From NCBI GenBank assembly GCA_965153285.1, contig OZ229112.1: DNA of 64,000 nucleotides; one strand, given 5' to 3'. Position 1 is the stretch's first letter, and the number at the start of each line of letters is the position of its first letter. A model generated the notes under the pieces. It worked only from the letters and a program-made list of their open reading frames with translations, did no database searches and had not been told where the DNA came from. Positions 1 through 64,000 of this stretch are shown here, piece by piece. The translations under genes and the position numbers were made by a program. Source of the stretch: Podarcis tiliguerta (taxonomy: Eukaryota).

Positions 1-743
1 ATTGTTGCAGATACATCAACATTCTAAATATATGGGTAGGCTTGTCTAAATTTAGCAGACACCAAAAAGAATACAGTGAAAGGCTTACGTTTTCCCCAGA
101 AAGTACAGTTAGTGGTTTTGCATCTCGTATCTCAACAGGAATGCTGTTCCACAAAACAGGGACAGCCACAGTAAAAACCCTGCTTTGAGTTACAGAAGCA
201 ATCCACTCTTGTGGGCAGGTGAAAAGCACTGCATGATACTGTCAATCAAATTTGGATTGTTTTCAGTGTGTGATGTTGCATTGTGTTTTTACTACTTTTT
301 GTTTGGAGCCGCCCAAAGTGGCTTGGGCAACCCAGTCAGATGGGTGGCATATACTGGTAAATATATTTGTATTAGTATTATTGCTATATCATCTTCAGAA
401 AGATGTTTTAATTGTGTTCCTTGCAATATTGTATAGTTCAAGGCTTCAAACTGTAAAATGTAACTATTGTTCAATTTTTAAAAATAATTTGTCAACAAAT
501 TCAACTAAAACAAAATTAAAGGTAGATTTGAAGTTTCCCAAACAAACGCAACATCTGCCAGAATTTCAAGGGAAGTTTAAACATTATTTAAAGATTAGTG
601 ATATCATATATGAAGAGGAGGGAGGGACATGTTTCTAGTCCCATTACACCCAACACTACAGAAATAGACAAAAGAGACTCTGCATAGTTTCTTTCGCCTC
701 TCAATAAATGGAAACGCACTTCAAATCAAATCCTGCCATTTAC

Positions 744-62971
<62,228 letters not shown>

Positions 62972-63210
62972 CTAAAGAGATTAAACGGTCAACAGTCTCC
63001 AATGAAAGGTTAGTCAACCTACTGTTAGGTTACTGCTAACACCATAGTTCTGTATGTTGTGGCTGCAATGAATGAAGAAAACCACTTCTGTGTATTATTT
63101 AGACACATGTGTATCCTGAACTTGAATATAAATTTCCCAGGGTGCCTAACCACTTAAGTCTACAGCATCATGGAAGTTATGCTATGTGAGAAAGAGATGA
63201 GGAAGAAAGA

Positions 63211-63252
<42 letters not shown>
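63211..63252. repeat. (ATT)n microsatellite
   Basis: 14 units; a second run at ~63328-63351 is the tail of an L2 piece. Confidence 0.95.
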
Positions 63253-63254
<2 letters not shown>

Positions 63255-64000
63255 ATAAAATGTGCTGCCCTCTCCAACCTATCTAGTCACCTATGATTAG
63301 CAGAGGGGAACCATTTCTTCCTCATCTATTATTATTATTATTATTATTATTTATTAAATAATGGCTGGGTTTCCCCAGCCACTGTGGCCAGCTTCCAACA
63401 GAGATTAAAAATACATAGTAATTCTGTTTGCTGTGGCCAAAGTGTTAAAATGGCATTTGCTGCTCGTCTGTGAAGGGAAAAGTCAGACCACCAAATCTGA
63501 AATGAAGATAAGCCAGGGAGCCATAGCTAATTGTGACTGCCCAACGTGTGCCCTCAAAGCATTTGGAGGTGTGCATTTCCCTTTTGAGCTTTACCTGGTT
63601 ACCACAGCAAACCACATTGTTATCACCAGTTTAGCTGCAATGTGAAGCAGCTTCCACTACATGGTTATCCATCCAGTGGAAGCACCTTCCTCACGTTAAG
63701 ATGTTCACCCTGCAGTGACATTATTCTCCAGTAAGCCAATTATTATGTGATAATTGTCCTGGAGCCTTCTTAGTAAATAGAAGCCACAAGAATATAATCT
63801 ACTTTGCTTCAGATGGTGGTATTAACTGTGCTACAAAGGAAATGAGAAATAAGCTGGCACGTGACACCTTTTCTTTTATAGCTCAACTGTATTTTAGAGA
63901 AGAGGGAATGTATTGTTTGAAAGATGTGCAGGAGAAACAGCATGATCTTACTAGAATTGCATATGCTTAAATATCACCCAACTGTGCAGTCCGGACTGCA

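Overview
Eukaryotic genomic DNA from a squamate reptile, most likely a lacertid lizard (inferred from Sauria SINE, BovB, CR1 and L2 content). The whole window lies inside one minus-strand gene, axonemal outer-arm dynein heavy chain DNAH8. I traced 56 internal coding exons by hand (w1 62872-62971 to w56 744-956). All 55 introns are GT-AG and every phase matches, giving 8518 nt (1 nt + 2839 codons) with no stop seen. The exons cover the tail, linker, AAA1-AAA4, stalk CC1 and the microtubule-binding domain; both gene ends lie outside the window. Introns hold many mobile elements: Tigger/pogo-like and hAT MITEs, Sauria SINEs, BovB, CR1, L2, Penelope-like relics, a decayed DIRS retrotransposon and a candidate solo LTR. 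I found no convincing new biological system. The best leads are a candidate poison 5' splice site, a candidate antisense LTR promoter, a Penelope-derived hairpin with hammerhead relics, inverted repeat pairs that could drive circRNA, and a 58-bp direct repeat bracketing a symmetric exon. Family and ortholog names rest on my recall of known sequences, not on searches.
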